DNA of 64,000 nt, taken from assembly GCA_907165135.1 (NCBI GenBank), contig OU015567.1, positions 12,772,001-12,836,000 on the forward strand. Direction: 5' to 3'. Origin of the DNA: Oikopleura dioica. Its lineage: Eukaryota; Animalia; Chordata. Each line of letters starts with the position of its first letter. The stretch's first letter is position 1. Both the position numbers and the translations under genes were made by a program. Positions 33,026 through 47,895 of the stretch are shown in pieces. The notes beneath the pieces were generated by a model. It was given only the letters and a program-made list of their open reading frames with translations. It searched no databases and was not told the origin of the DNA.

Positions 33026-34212
33026 ATGAAGCTCTCCACCGTCCTTTTCGCCGCTGCCGCCGCCCAGGATGAAGGCTCCGACCGATGGACTTACTCTGAC
33101 TACTCCGTCGACAACAACCTCTCCCTTTACGGCGGTAAGGCAGGTGCTGCCACCTCTGGCGCATACGGTTACGGTACTGATGGCAAAAAGCACGGTAATG
33201 GCCGATTCTGCCACTCAACCAAGGATACCGTCCATATTTACCGATGGGACGTTTCCAAGTACGGTTACTTCGCCCACTACAACCAGGTCGAGTGCGTCGG
33301 CGAGGAACTCTACTGCTTCATCGAGGAGCGAGCTCATTTTGGTCAGATCATTGGAATCCGAGCCGGTTGTGCTCAGATGATGAACCATCCACAGGTTGAA
33401 CGAAATGACGCCGACAACACTAGCTTCAACGCTCTTCCATTCATCTCCCCCGTTTACAACCAAGAGGCTGCTCGAGGCAGAACATTCGACCAAAACAACA
33501 AAACCGGCACCGCCTACATCTACTACGGTATCGGTGGTTGCTTGTCTCACCCTGCTCAAAATGGTAACGACCAACTCAACTCGCAGTTCCTCACCTCCAT
33601 GAGCAAGAACCATTACGCTTATGGACATGGCGGCTGGTACCAGAGCCAGTGTCTCCGAACTAACGGACCTAATGGTAACGCCGAACTCTTGCCTTTCGGT
33701 GTTTCCGTTTGCCGTGCTTGCTGCCTCGCTACTTACTCCGATGATATGTACCTTGACGCTCCCAGAACACCAGACACTGCTGACACCCCCGGTTCTAACC
33801 GAGGTGTCTGCAACTTCCTTCCATACCCAGCTCAAGGAGGAAATGCGGGTTTACCAAAGATCCCCGACGAAACCGTTTTCGATTGCTACAAAGGAGTTCT
33901 CTCTGACAACCCAATGACTAACAATTGCGACTCTACAACAGTGAGCGATGCTACCGGATGTGATTACTGCACTAAGCAGGTACAAAATCACCCTTAAAAT
34001 CAGTACTAAAAATCATTTAGATCTACCCAACTCTTACCATGTACGAAGTCCCCAGCTACGAGTCGGACTTTTCTCAAAATCTCTTCGAGTCTAACTTTGT
34101 CCGATCTTCTGGAGCTGATGCAGAGGGTCCATGTGCTTACGGTACGCCCGGAGACTACACCTCGACTCCCAACTGCACTCCAACTGGTGTCATCGCCCAG
34201 CCCATGGTTTAA
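33026..34212 (+). CDS. Secreted cysteine-rich protein (three-finger/Ly6-like Cys pattern; candidate house/oikosin-type protein)
   Basis: Signal peptide MKLSTVLFAAAAAQ and strongly C-ending codons. Cys pattern FCHS...ECVGEELYCFIEER...IRAGC...QCLR...SVCRACC...CNF. Intron 33980-34020, then a final exon IYPTLTMYE...AQPMV* (TAA 34210-34212). Confidence 0.8.
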
Positions 34213-34798
34213 AACTTTTAATTTCTGTAAATATCCGATAAATTTGAATAAAAAGTATTGGAACAGAAAGCTATAAAAATTCTTTCTTGACTTCATAATA
34301 GTAAAATATTTGCCCTCTATATGCAAATATATCGCGAGTTTCTTACACATTCTGCTAAAAATTTAGTAGGAAATGCTATTCGGAGAAATTTCCCTCTGAA
34401 AACTGATCATGGAAGAGAGAAATCCGGCCGTGTTGTTGAATTTTTTTTTGTCCAAATTAGAAAAAACCGGCTGTTCTCGAATGCAGCTGCATTTCGAAAC
34501 CAGGGGGTCCATCACATTTTATCTTCCAGCAGACTCCCTCCTCCTTCGCCGCCCATCCTCCATTTCGCTTGACGTAATACCCTCGAAAAAAGATGATTTT
34601 TCCCACGAGAGCCAAAAAATCGAAAAGGACTCCAAATGGAGCAATTGCTTTAGCATTGGGGATCAAAAATAGAGAGAACTTCCCTCTATTTTACCAAGAG
34701 TTTTTGCAAGAAGAATAAAAATCTGTTTCAACTCGAGAGAAATGTTTATCGAATTTTCCATCATAACAGCATTTTTTGTTCAGAGCACAAGAATCGCA

Positions 34799-35460
34799 AT
34801 GTTCAACAGCCAAACTTCAACCAGCCCGGCTTCTACAAATCGTCAGCTACAAGCACTCGAAGGAACGTACAAATCCAGCAAACAGTACGACCAGCAAAAG
34901 AAAATCATAGAAGGCACTCGTAAATTGATGCAGCGAATGCCATCCGAAACCAGCGAGTTTTCTGATGGCGAAGATGCCCAACCTTCCCAAGATAGAAGTA
35001 AGGCTTCGTTTTGTTCTCGTTCTTCTTGTGAAATTCTAGTGACGAGAAAAATGAGAAAGTTCGAGCGAAAGGCGTTGGAAACAACGGAAGAGCATGTCAA
35101 CTTGGAAAATCCTCCCCGAGTCATCGATATCGTAAAAAAATTGCATATTCGAGGATTAATAAGCAGTTCCTTCTTAGAAAAACGATCAGAAAACAGATGA
35201 GTCAATTGAAGAACTTGAGAAACCGGATGAAAACGCAGTCATTCTTGCCATGGTTGATGGTAAATAACGCTCATCTTTATCAATTTTTCTGAGATTTTTT
35301 TTTCTTAGAAAAGATGGACTTGATGCTTGCGAGATTCGAAAAAAGAGAAAAGGAAAGAAAAAGACAAGAGGCTCAACAGAAGAATGTGTTAACAGAGTTC
35401 GGAAATGTTCCGGATAAATTCCGGAAATGCCATTTCAACTTGGCCTCGAAGCCATCCTGA
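34799..35460 (+). CDS. Hypothetical protein (multi-exon, coiled-coil C-terminus)
   Basis: Open exons joined by short introns: MFNSQTSTSP...SQDR|VTRKMRKFERKALE...|...EKPDENAVILAMVD|EKMDLMLARFEKREKERKRQEAQQK...KPS*. No family recognised. Confidence 0.55.
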
Positions 35461-35887
35461 TTTTAGAAACCTATTATAGTAGTCAGTTTTTTCCACGGTC
35501 GACAGTTCTACTTCCCATTTTTGAGAGTTATCCGGCTTTGCGGCGCAAAGTTTGCGCCACTTTATCCCATCAATTAGCCATTTTACCAAGTTATTCGCCC
35601 CTGCCACGCATCAGACTGCGCATTATTATTGAAAAAATCGTTTTTAATAAATATTCAGTTAGAAAATTAGACTAAATTAAGAATGATTTCGAAAAAAGCT
35701 AGTTTCCGCGACCAACCGATAACAAAAAAAGATGACAGCGATTTGAAACAACGATTATAAAACAAAAAGGAACGTATTTACTTTTCTGTTCTCGTCGCTA
35801 AAATTAGTTCTAGCTCTATTTCTGTATGTTTTCGAAATGAAATTAGATTCCAAAGACACCGTATTACCATTTATTTAGACTCCTAGA

Positions 35888-38800
35888 ATGGAAAATATCG
35901 ACGGAGTCAAGAGAAAGCAAAAGCCTTTTCTAGGGCAGAAAGCGCCCGTTGGTTATGTTCCCGGATTGGGTCGTGGTGCCACTGGTTTTACCACCCGTTC
36001 TGATATCGGTCCAGCTAGAGATATCTCCGATCCCACGGATGATCGCCACGCTGCTCCTGGCGAGGTAAGATTCAAATCTAAGTACTCCCTTATCAGCGTG
36101 TTTTTTCAAGAGGACAGTAGGTGACCAGCTCCGAAAACAGCTGCTCGAGGGGAAGTTAAAAATCGACCAACGGCGAACAGATTCTGACGAAGAAGATCTC
36201 AATGACACAAACTTTGACGAGTTCAATGGCTACATGAACATCAACCTCTTCCGCGGCTCTACGTATGACAAAGACGACAAAGAAGCAGACGAGATTTACG
36301 AGTCGATTGATAGCAAAATGGACGAGCGACGCAAAATATACAGGGAGAAGAAGGAACAAGAAATGCTTCAAAAGTATCGAGACGAAAGGCCGAAGATTCA
36401 AGAGCAATTCTCAGATTTGAAAAGAGAGTTGAAGGGAGTCAGCCACGACGAGTGGATAAACATTCCAGAAGTAGGCGACGGTCGAAACAGAAAACAACGA
36501 GGCTTTGGAAGATACGACAAAGAAACGCCCATTCCAGATTCGCTCATCAATATGCAAAGAAATCTCACTCAGATAACAAACACACTCGACAAAAACGTCC
36601 AAGGAGGTACTGCAACTTCTCTAACGGGCGAATTGGACATGGAGAGACTCGGAAAAGCGCGAAATCAAATTATGGATGTGAAACTGAAGCAAGTGTCCGA
36701 CTCTGTGTCCGGACAAACAGTTGTCGACCCGACGGGATACTTGACCGATATGCAGAGTATGCTTCCAAGCTACAATGGGGACATCCAAGACGTGCGAAAA
36801 GCCCGATTGCTGCTGAAATCCGTGCGAGAAACGAACCCCAAGCAGCCACAAGCATGGATCGGCTCGGCCAGATTGGAAGAAGTCGTCGGAAGACTGGCGG
36901 AAGCTAGAGTTTTAATCATGCAAGGCACAGACAAATGTCCCAAATCCGAGGATGTGTGGCTCGAGGCTTCCCGTCTGGCCCCGGCTGACCAAGCAAAGAA
37001 AATATTTGCCGCCGCCGTGGCCGAAATCCCCAACTCGGTCAGGATCTGGTGCGCCGCCGCCAATTTGGAAAAAGAGAAAAAGGCCAAACGAAGAGTTTAT
37101 CAAAAAGCGTTGGAGAATATTCCAAATGCTGTTCGACTCTGGAAAGCAGCAGTTGAGCTTGAAGAGATTGACGATGCAAAAGAGTTACTTACTCGTGCCG
37201 TTGAGGTTTTTAATGCTGTTTCATGTTGATTTTTAAGAATATTTTAGTGTTGTCCAAGTTCAGCAGAGCTTTGGCTCGCCCTCGCAAAGCTGGAGACGTA
37301 TGATAACGCTAGAAAAGTCTTGAATAAAGCTCGAGCTACTATTCCGACTGATAAAAGTATCTGGATAACCGCTGCAAAGCTCGAGGAAGCGAATGGAAAG
37401 GTACTTTTGTTGGATTTTTGGAAGTTATCGTTGATTTTTTTTAAGTCGGAAAGATGTGCAATTGTCATCAAGCGAGCTTTGGAAGCCCTTCGTGCAAATG
37501 CCGTCGAGCTAACTCGAGAAGAATGGATCAAAGAAGCTGAAAAGTCGGAAAAAGCTGGCGCCCCAGCAACTGCACAAGCTATCATCAACGCAATCATCGG
37601 TGAAGGAATCGAAGAAGAGGACAGAAAACATATCTGGATGACAGACGCAGACGAGTGTATTGCAAATCAATCAATTCACTGCGCCAGAGCGATTTATGCA
37701 TATGCACTTGACGAGTTTAAGAACAAGAAGTCGATTTGGCTTCGAGCGGCGTTTTTGGAAAAACAATACGGAACAAAGGTTTGATAAAAACACGGTCTTT
37801 TGGTTCTTTTCATCCTCCTTTTAGGAGTCATATGATAACATGCTCGAGCGGGCAGTAAAAGCCTGCCCCCGCGAAGAAAAGCTGTGGCTGATGGGCGCAA
37901 AGTCTAAGTGGCAACAGGGCGACATCAGAAGCGCGCGTGGTATTCTTGAGCAAGCGTTTGAATCGAACCAGCAATCGGAGGAAATCTGGCTCGCTGCGGT
38001 GAAACTCGAGTCTGAGAATAATGAACTGCTGCGTGCGCGGCAGATTTTGGCCAGAGCGAGAACTTCTGGTAAATTTCATACATCTGAAAGTCGATATAAC
38101 AGGTCTTCAGCTTCTTCTCCTCGAGTCATGATGAAATCGGCGAAATTGGAATGGTGTCTCGGTGAGTTGGAAAATGCGATTTCGCTCCTTGACGAAGGAC
38201 TCGCGAAATACTCCAAATTTGACAAGCTGTGGATGATGAAAGGAACAATCTTCTTGCAAATGAAAGGTCAGAAGAATTACCGCTACTCTTTCTCAACGAT
38301 CGTTTTAGACGCTCACGCGGCGAGAAAAGCCTTTGCGAAGGGAATCGAGCACTGCAAAGATTCCAAACCGCTGTGGATTCTTCTGGCCGATTTAGAGGAA
38401 GGAGAAGGCAGGGGTCTGACATTTTGACTTTTATAACCCGTAAGATTTTGTATCTCTTCGAGTTTACGTCGACCCGGAAAACAGGCAATCCAGTGAAAGC
38501 AAGATCAGTTCTTGAGCGAGCTCGTCTCAAGAACCCTGCTTCACCAGAACTGTGGAAGCGCGCCATCGAATTGGAAAAACGAGTCTCTGGAAATGAAATC
38601 GCAGACCGTCTCCTTTCTAGGGCGATGCAAGAGTGTGCCGCCTCAGGATCACTTTGGGCGGAAGCAATCGAGTGTGCTTCGAGGCCAGCTCGAAAGGTAA
38701 CCTGAAAATTTCACGGTCATAAAAATACCTGAGCTGTGATTGTCGCTCTTATTGATGACTAATTCGCATTTCGAGTTTTCTAGATGTTAAGTTGAAGCGG

Positions 38801-39227
38801 AATTCTTTTCGAGATACCTGTGTTTTTAATTTTCCTTAGACAAAATCAATCGATGCCTTGAAAAAATGCGAGCACGATCCCCAAGTTCTCCTTGCAGTAG
38901 CTCGAATGTTCTGGTCAGAGAGAAGGATTAACAAAGCAAGAGAATGGTTCAAGAAATGCACGAAGATCGACCCGGATTTCGGCGATGGATGGGCCTTTAG
39001 AAGACGATTTGAAGATGCTCACGGGACCGAAGGTAACTTTCATGTCAAGATCAGCTCTGAAATCATTATATTCAGCCCAACTACAGGAAGTCACCATTTC
39101 CTGCGCCAAGGCCGAGCCAAAGCACGGTGAGCGCTGGTGCAAGATCTCCAAGGACATCAACAACTGGCGTCTCAAAACTGCCGATATACTGCCACTCGTC
39201 GCCGATCGCTGTCCAATCACTTTTTAG
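35888..39227 (+). CDS. PRPF6: Pre-mRNA processing factor 6 (U5-102K/Prp6)
   Basis: [85 protein letters not shown] repeats, [14 protein letters not shown]. Confidence 0.97.
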
Positions 39228-39370
39228 ATTTTATCGTCAGAGTTCAACGTTTCTTAAACTTTTGATTAACACAGAAAACACATGCTGCCACATTTAACCC
39301 CCACAATTTCATTTTCTTTTTAGAAAGTTATTGATAGAGAATCTAAATCGGAAGTGACACAAATTTCACG

Positions 39371-42300
39371 ATGGACAGCGGAATCCAGCGACGAATAGGC
39401 ATTGGCCGCGGTCGAGGAGCAATCGCCCGTTCTCCCGTCCCTTCAGCTCCAGTTCCGGAAACGCGACAAATGCAAAGGGATTCCATCAATGCCATCACCC
39501 AGGGAATGCAGGCAGCGACGATTGGCGGACGATACCGACCGTCAGGACGCGCACCAATGCCAGTTACACGATCTCGAGGTCCCAAGGAAGAACATTCTTC
39601 CGACTCTGGCCAGTTCTCTGGAGGTTCTGAAGGCCCTCCGAGTCCCGGTCATGGCTCCCTTGCACAAAGAGTAAAAGCCCAAGAAATGACTAAGGAGCAA
39701 AAGCGATTGGAAGAAGATACTTTCGATCAAAGCAAATTTCTTCAACCTTCCATGAAGTTGAAGATTCAAGAAGGCCAGTTTTACGGAAGCTCTGGCACAG
39801 AAGTCATTCTGTCATCCAATTTTTATCGGGTAAGAAAATAATCTTCCTTTTTATCACGTTATTAACAACCGAACTTAAGGTGGATATGAGAAATATGATG
39901 CGAGATGAGGAAGGTCGCGACATCTCGTGGTATCAATACCGAGTTGATTTCAAACCTTCCGTGGACGATGTTATCAAGCGAGAGGACTTGATCGACTACA
40001 TCGCTGAACAGTTCGCTGATATCTTCCCTCCACTCTACATCTTCGAAGGAACGATGATTTTCTCCTTCAGCCCGATCGACGACAAGAAAGCGATCTTCAA
40101 GGTTGAGGACTGTCGAGATGGCGTTAAAACGGGCAAAATTATCGAAGTGTCGCTGACGCTCTCAAACACTTTCGTCCCTAACAACCCGCTCGGTATTCAA
40201 GTCATGAACTTGATCAATCGAAAAAATATGAAAGGTAAAAGACCATTTGGCCGTCACTCCTTCTTTACTCCTCTTTAGAAAATCTTTCGTTGGAACAAGT
40301 TCAACGAAGCTTTTTCCTCAGATCGCGCGCGGCGGAAGTTCACTCTGGAGGAAAAACCTTCGAGGTTTGGCCTGGCTACACTTTCGCCATCAACACATAC
40401 GAAGCTGGATTGTTCATGGTCGCAAATATCCGTGCGAAGGTCATTCCAAACTTCACCGTCAAAGACGTTCTTCAAGGATGCTACAAAGAATGCTTGGAAG
40501 CGATTGCGACCAAGCCTCATCGTAAGATTTTTGTAATTATCGGTTTTGACGGTTGCTTTTCTAGTGAAAAACCTCGGCTTACAGGAGCTCTTCAAAAAAG
40601 AAGTGTCGAAAAGAATCATCGGCATCCAAGTAAGAACCCATTACAACAACAAAACGTACCGAATCGACGACATCGACTGGACCCAGCATCCACAAAGTCT
40701 TGTCCGAAAGGCAGACGGCAGCCTCTTCACTTACACTGAGTTCTATGCCGATCAATATAATGTAAGTTCTTTCCATAAAACCGTTTATCTATCTTCTTTT
40801 CAAGATACAAATAAAATCGCCTCATAATCAACCTCTTCTGGTAAATCGTCCGAAGAAGAGGCAGCAAAGACGAGCTGTTGGTGCGGATACGAATCATCTT
40901 ATTCCAGAGCTCTGCAACATGACTGGACTTGATGAAAAGACGAGAAAGGACTTTCGCGTGATGCGAGATCTTGCAGTCCACACCCGAAAGAGTCCGCAAC
41001 AGCGAGCGAATGAACTTCGTAAGCTCATAAAATACATGAAGGGCAAAAATGAAACATCAGGGAGGGTTCTTTAGACGATAGAATTTACTTTTCGCTTTGA
41101 ATGAATTTAATTTTGAACCTCAAAAGGCATGGATACGCAGGCCTCGAAGGAATACATGGACAAGTGGGGAATGATGATCGGCAACGAAGATCAACACGCC
41201 GATCGAGAAGAGGAGCTCTTCAACGTCCGCGGCCGTGAACTGCCACCAGAGAACTTGATCTTGCGTAATCCAGGCGATCACGTTCTGAAAATTCTGCCTG
41301 GCAGCAAAGATGGTGACTGGGACAGGACGATTAAAGACTGGCACATGATCGAGACGCAACCTCTTCGAAGTTGGGGCTTCGTTTGCACAAAGAGGGACCA
41401 AAAGAGAGCACATTCCTTCTTCAACCATCTCAAAGATCAGGGAAAAAGGATTGGCTTCATCATTGACGAACCCACAGTTCGATGCGTCGATACTGATCGG
41501 AAGGATGACATTAACTACGCCATCGCGGAGATCTTTGATTCTCATTGGAATCAGGTAAAGATATAAATACACATGTGACTTTGAACTTGTCTTCAATCGA
41601 ATACTATCAGTCAACAATATGCAATCTTAAGGGCGTTCCGACTGAAATGTTATTTGTCCTTTTGCCATCGAGAAAAGCTGATGTGTACGCCAACGTCAAA
41701 TTGGCTTGCCTACAGCGAAATCCTCCTGTAATGAGCCAGTGCTTGCTCACTTCAACCATCATGGCGGATGACAAAATCGCTGCTGTTGCTTTCAAAGGTA
41801 CTAATTTGTCACTTGATTGGGTTGTTCATCTGTTTAGTCGCGATGCAAATGTCTTGCAAGCTCGGTGGTGTTCCTTGGCAGGTGAAGATGAATATCAAGA
41901 ACACCATGATCGTTGGTATCGACACCTACCACGATACTGACCGAAAAGGCAAGAACTTGACAGGATTTGTCAGCTCTTACAACACGAATGCGACGCGATG
42001 GTACTCCCAGATCGTGCAGATGTCCTCCAAGCAAGAAATATCCGACGGCTTATGTATGTGCTTCTTTTTGAACTTCCAAGTCAAGTTTATTTATAGCCCA
42101 CATGATGGAAGGTGCTATCGAAGCCTGGAAGTACTTCAACGACGATAACCTTCCGAGTCGAATTATCATCTACAGAGATGGAGTCGGCGATGGTCAGCTC
42201 GAGTACATTCACAAGCACGAGTTGCCACAGATCCAGGACAAACTCAAAGAATACATCGGGCCTGGAGGTTGGGCGCAGGAACCAGAGCTCTTATACATTG

Positions 42301-42756
42301 TGCTCAAGGAGCGGTTAACGAATCTCAACTTTTATGAAATTTCAAATGAGCGATAAATTAAAAAGTTTTATAACCTAATGATAGAAACAAATCAACCAGC
42401 GTTTCTTCCGGTACAACGACATGGGTGAAGAAGACAACCCCTACCCCGGTACAGTTGTCGATTCCAAAATCACTCGACGAGACATGTACGATTTCCTCCT
42501 TGTCTCCCAAAAAGTGCGACAGGGTACTGTCACTCCCGTCCACTATAATGTGATTTACGATACGACGCTAAACCTCAGTGCGGACAGAATCCAAATGATC
42601 AGCTACAAGCTGACACACCTTTACTTCAACTGGCCCGGTACAATTCGCGTTCCAGCGCCGTGCCAGTACGCGCACAAGCTTGCTACCCTGATTGGAGATC
42701 ATATTCACCACGAAATCACGGATCAGGACTTCGTATCCAAGCCATACTACCTCTAG
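39371..42756 (+). CDS. piwi: PIWI-clade Argonaute
   Basis: N-terminal GRGRG methylation motifs, WYQYRVDF, PAZ (THYNNKTYRIDDIDW), MID, and PIWI (MIVGIDTYHD, RIIIYRDGVGDGQL, GTVVD, YDFLLVSQKVRQGTVTP, HLYFNWPGTIRVPAPCQYAHKLA). The D-D-H slicer residues appear intact. Confidence 0.96.
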
Positions 42757-43762
42757 AGCTGTCCATTATAACAGCGTTTTTTGTAACTGCCAACGCTTTC
42801 ACAATTATTGAAACTAAACTTAATCTCTACATGCCAGCTCATATGCTAGAAACTTTAGCTTTTAATTTTGCTGTACATTTTAATTTGTGCTAATTACAGA
42901 ATTTTCCCGAATTATTTGAAAACTTCTGTTTCTTTGATAAAATGAACCGATCTTCATCGCTCTTATATGTTCTCACTTTATATGTGAATGCTTTTAGTAT
43001 ATTTTTGGGTCAGTTCATTTTACTTCCGGACATTTCTTATGCTAATTATTTTCCTCGGAACTTCCGAGTCGGAAGACGAGCTGCTCCCAAAGTATAGCCT
43101 ATAAATATTGAGTCTTCAATACTCTTCCTTTACCTCCTTTATAAAATCAACTGTTAATAAAGACACAAAGATATCTAGCAACATCCAGGACTCAAAAAGC
43201 TCCGAGTTCTACGTTGGCTCGTCATTCAGGCATTATTTTGTTGAAAGCAAGCAGTTCTTAGCCGCAAGAAAAAATGAAAGCGGATACACTTGGCATCGAC
43301 TTTGAATGCGTTTTATGTAGAACTGTAAATCGCACATAAATACGACGTAAAATGGCTCCCGTTCGACCCCACTTGCTATTTTGCATTCATGGCTGGCTAA
43401 ATTTCAAGCAAAACGGGTAGCAAAAGCATTCCTCGTTGATATCTCAATTTCCATCACTTGTCATTTTTGGCCCAGATGAAATGTTCTCAGCATGCATAAA
43501 CTTGAAACGAAAAGGTCAGGGTTGGATTCTTCTTTATTGTTTGAAAGTTACAGTAACTAGAAAAAGTTGAACACTTTGCAGAAAAAGGATTGTCCCAAAA
43601 ATTATAAGGTTATCGTGAAGAAAGTGCAAAAAAGAATAGTTTCAACCCTGCTATTTTTTTATAAGTGTGTTGTGTCATTTTCGGTGCTTTTTTCTTTGTA
43701 CAGGAACGAACTTGAAGAGAATTACAAGGTGGCTGCTTCATATTGTTTTATCTTTGATATTT

Positions 43763-45847
<2,085 letters not shown>

Positions 45848-47895
45848 CTTTTTCTTCTACTTGGAAAAATACAAAAATCGATCTCCTTCTGTGTGCGCTG
45901 GCTCTGTTTTCAAAAAAAATGGGAATTTTTTTCTTTTGTCTTTTTGGGCTACCAAGGGCGGCGAAATAATGGGGGAAGATTCGATCTGCGATTTTTTGGA
46001 GAGAGCCGCGCGCGACTCCACCCAGCGAAGGAGCGCCGCCTGTTCACACAGAAAAATATCCACTAAACACCATAATTCCTGAAAACAATCAGATTAGTCA
46101 ATGATTGTTCGATCACTGACACGAATTAAAATTGTGGTACTCATGATTTCAATAGATTGGTATTTCAAGAATTTGATGGTCTTAGTAAGACCAACCTTTT
46201 TTGGGACACTGATGATGAAGGCAAATCTAACTTCAGCCAGGTAAAGTTAGCCCTAGTCTTTGTCTTCAGAGTGTTCCAAGATTCTGCCGTATCCAAAGGT
46301 CATATTTAGAAGCACTCTAACATTTCAAAAAGTCTTTCTAAACTGTGCCAAATTTGACACTATTGGCAAACTTTCTGAAAACCGGAAAGTAGGTGCTCGA
46401 GTTTTGGCTTCTTGAGCAGTCAAGATCGCCGCGGCACCGCGTCTTTGACTCCTTGTCAAGATAGATGGTCTCCAATGTTCGATTGGAGGAGTCGGTCAAT
46501 TTTTGACAAAAACAAATTTACTCCCCACTTGATTCTAGGCGCCAAGGTGTTGGCACTGGCCTTGAACGAGTTAAACCAACCAAACATCACAAATACATAT
46601 CAATTCTCAGGGAAAGAGAAGATAAACAGAGAAACATTGGCGGCAAGGGTAATTAAGGGGTCAACAACGATTTTATGAAAGTAAAACAACTTGTAAGAAA
46701 AAATTGTTTCGCCGAAAAATCGTAAAATACAGGTCAATGACATTTTGAAAATCATAAAAAAGCATGATTTCTAAAACAAGACTTTGCTAAAGCTTGACCT
46801 GTTTTTTGACCCTAATCCGCTTTTCTTTCATACTTTTTTCGTCAATCGAGCAAATGTGCACCGAACCACTTTATTAATCGATTCTAATTTAGAAACTCGT
46901 CTTATTAGACGAAAGCTACTGTCCTTCGCAGAATTAAGTTATACTGTCTCGCGATCGATCTCGCAAATCGAGCATGAGCTACAGTGAATCAGAAGCCGCG
47001 ACTACAGTAAAAGACGCTTGCACCTGTCAGTAAAGAGCCTCGTTTTATCTAAATTTCTTCAATCAATATTTGAAAATTTATTGCCTCTGCTCGGTGCTCC
47101 ACAATTCAATAAAATTCTTGAAAATTATACTCGCTGGAATTTTCCAAAAGTCAAATGTTTCGCTAAAAAAAGCGGAGATGACCTTAAAATCCACCAAATC
47201 TTCACCTTTTCCTGTATCAATCCCAATTATCGACGTCAATTTACAAGCATTGAGTTACAGTTATCTGCTCTAATTTCATGCCATGCCACGTGATCAATAA
47301 ACGGCCAACATTGTAACTTAGGAAAATCAAGCTAATTACCATGGATTTTGAAGAGGATGTGGAGGAAAGTTCAGAGATCGCACCAACCGTCATGCTTCGC
47401 CCAGAGTCGGTATACAATTTGCTCTTGCCAGAAGAGCCACTTTTACTGACGATTTCTTACCGCCAGTTGACAACATTGAAGAGGCAAATTACTATGACGT
47501 ACTTTGATCCGTAAATTTGATCCGAATAATTTATAGTGTAAGTCGCGATAATATTTACGCCAATTAGCGGGACTTTGAGCACTTTTCGTTTATAATGTCA
47601 GAGCATCCCGGTCGTCCAGGTGTTCTTGTTTTTCAAAATTGTGACATGTGACACCATGAAACGATAAATTATTAAAATAAATCAAACAACGGATTAAACC
47701 TACAATGAAATTCACATCGTAAAACTCCCTATATTGATTTCATGATTTTGATATTGAAAAAACTCTGTTTAAGTGAATACTAAAAGCAAAATCACAATTG
47801 CGGTCGCCTATCTAAACCAAAAGCTCATTGTAATCTCAAGTTCGCGCTTCCCACACCCGGCCACCAACCATTAATATTAATCTAACAAGCTAATA

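Noticed and set aside
33215-33835. 206-aa minus-strand ORF
   Set aside because: Antisense shadow caused by the strong codon bias of the secreted protein gene.
13588-42756. PIWI, NYN RNase and retrotransposon as a 'defence island'
   Set aside because: They are separated by unrelated housekeeping genes, and the element is a very recent insertion. Nothing in the sequence links them.
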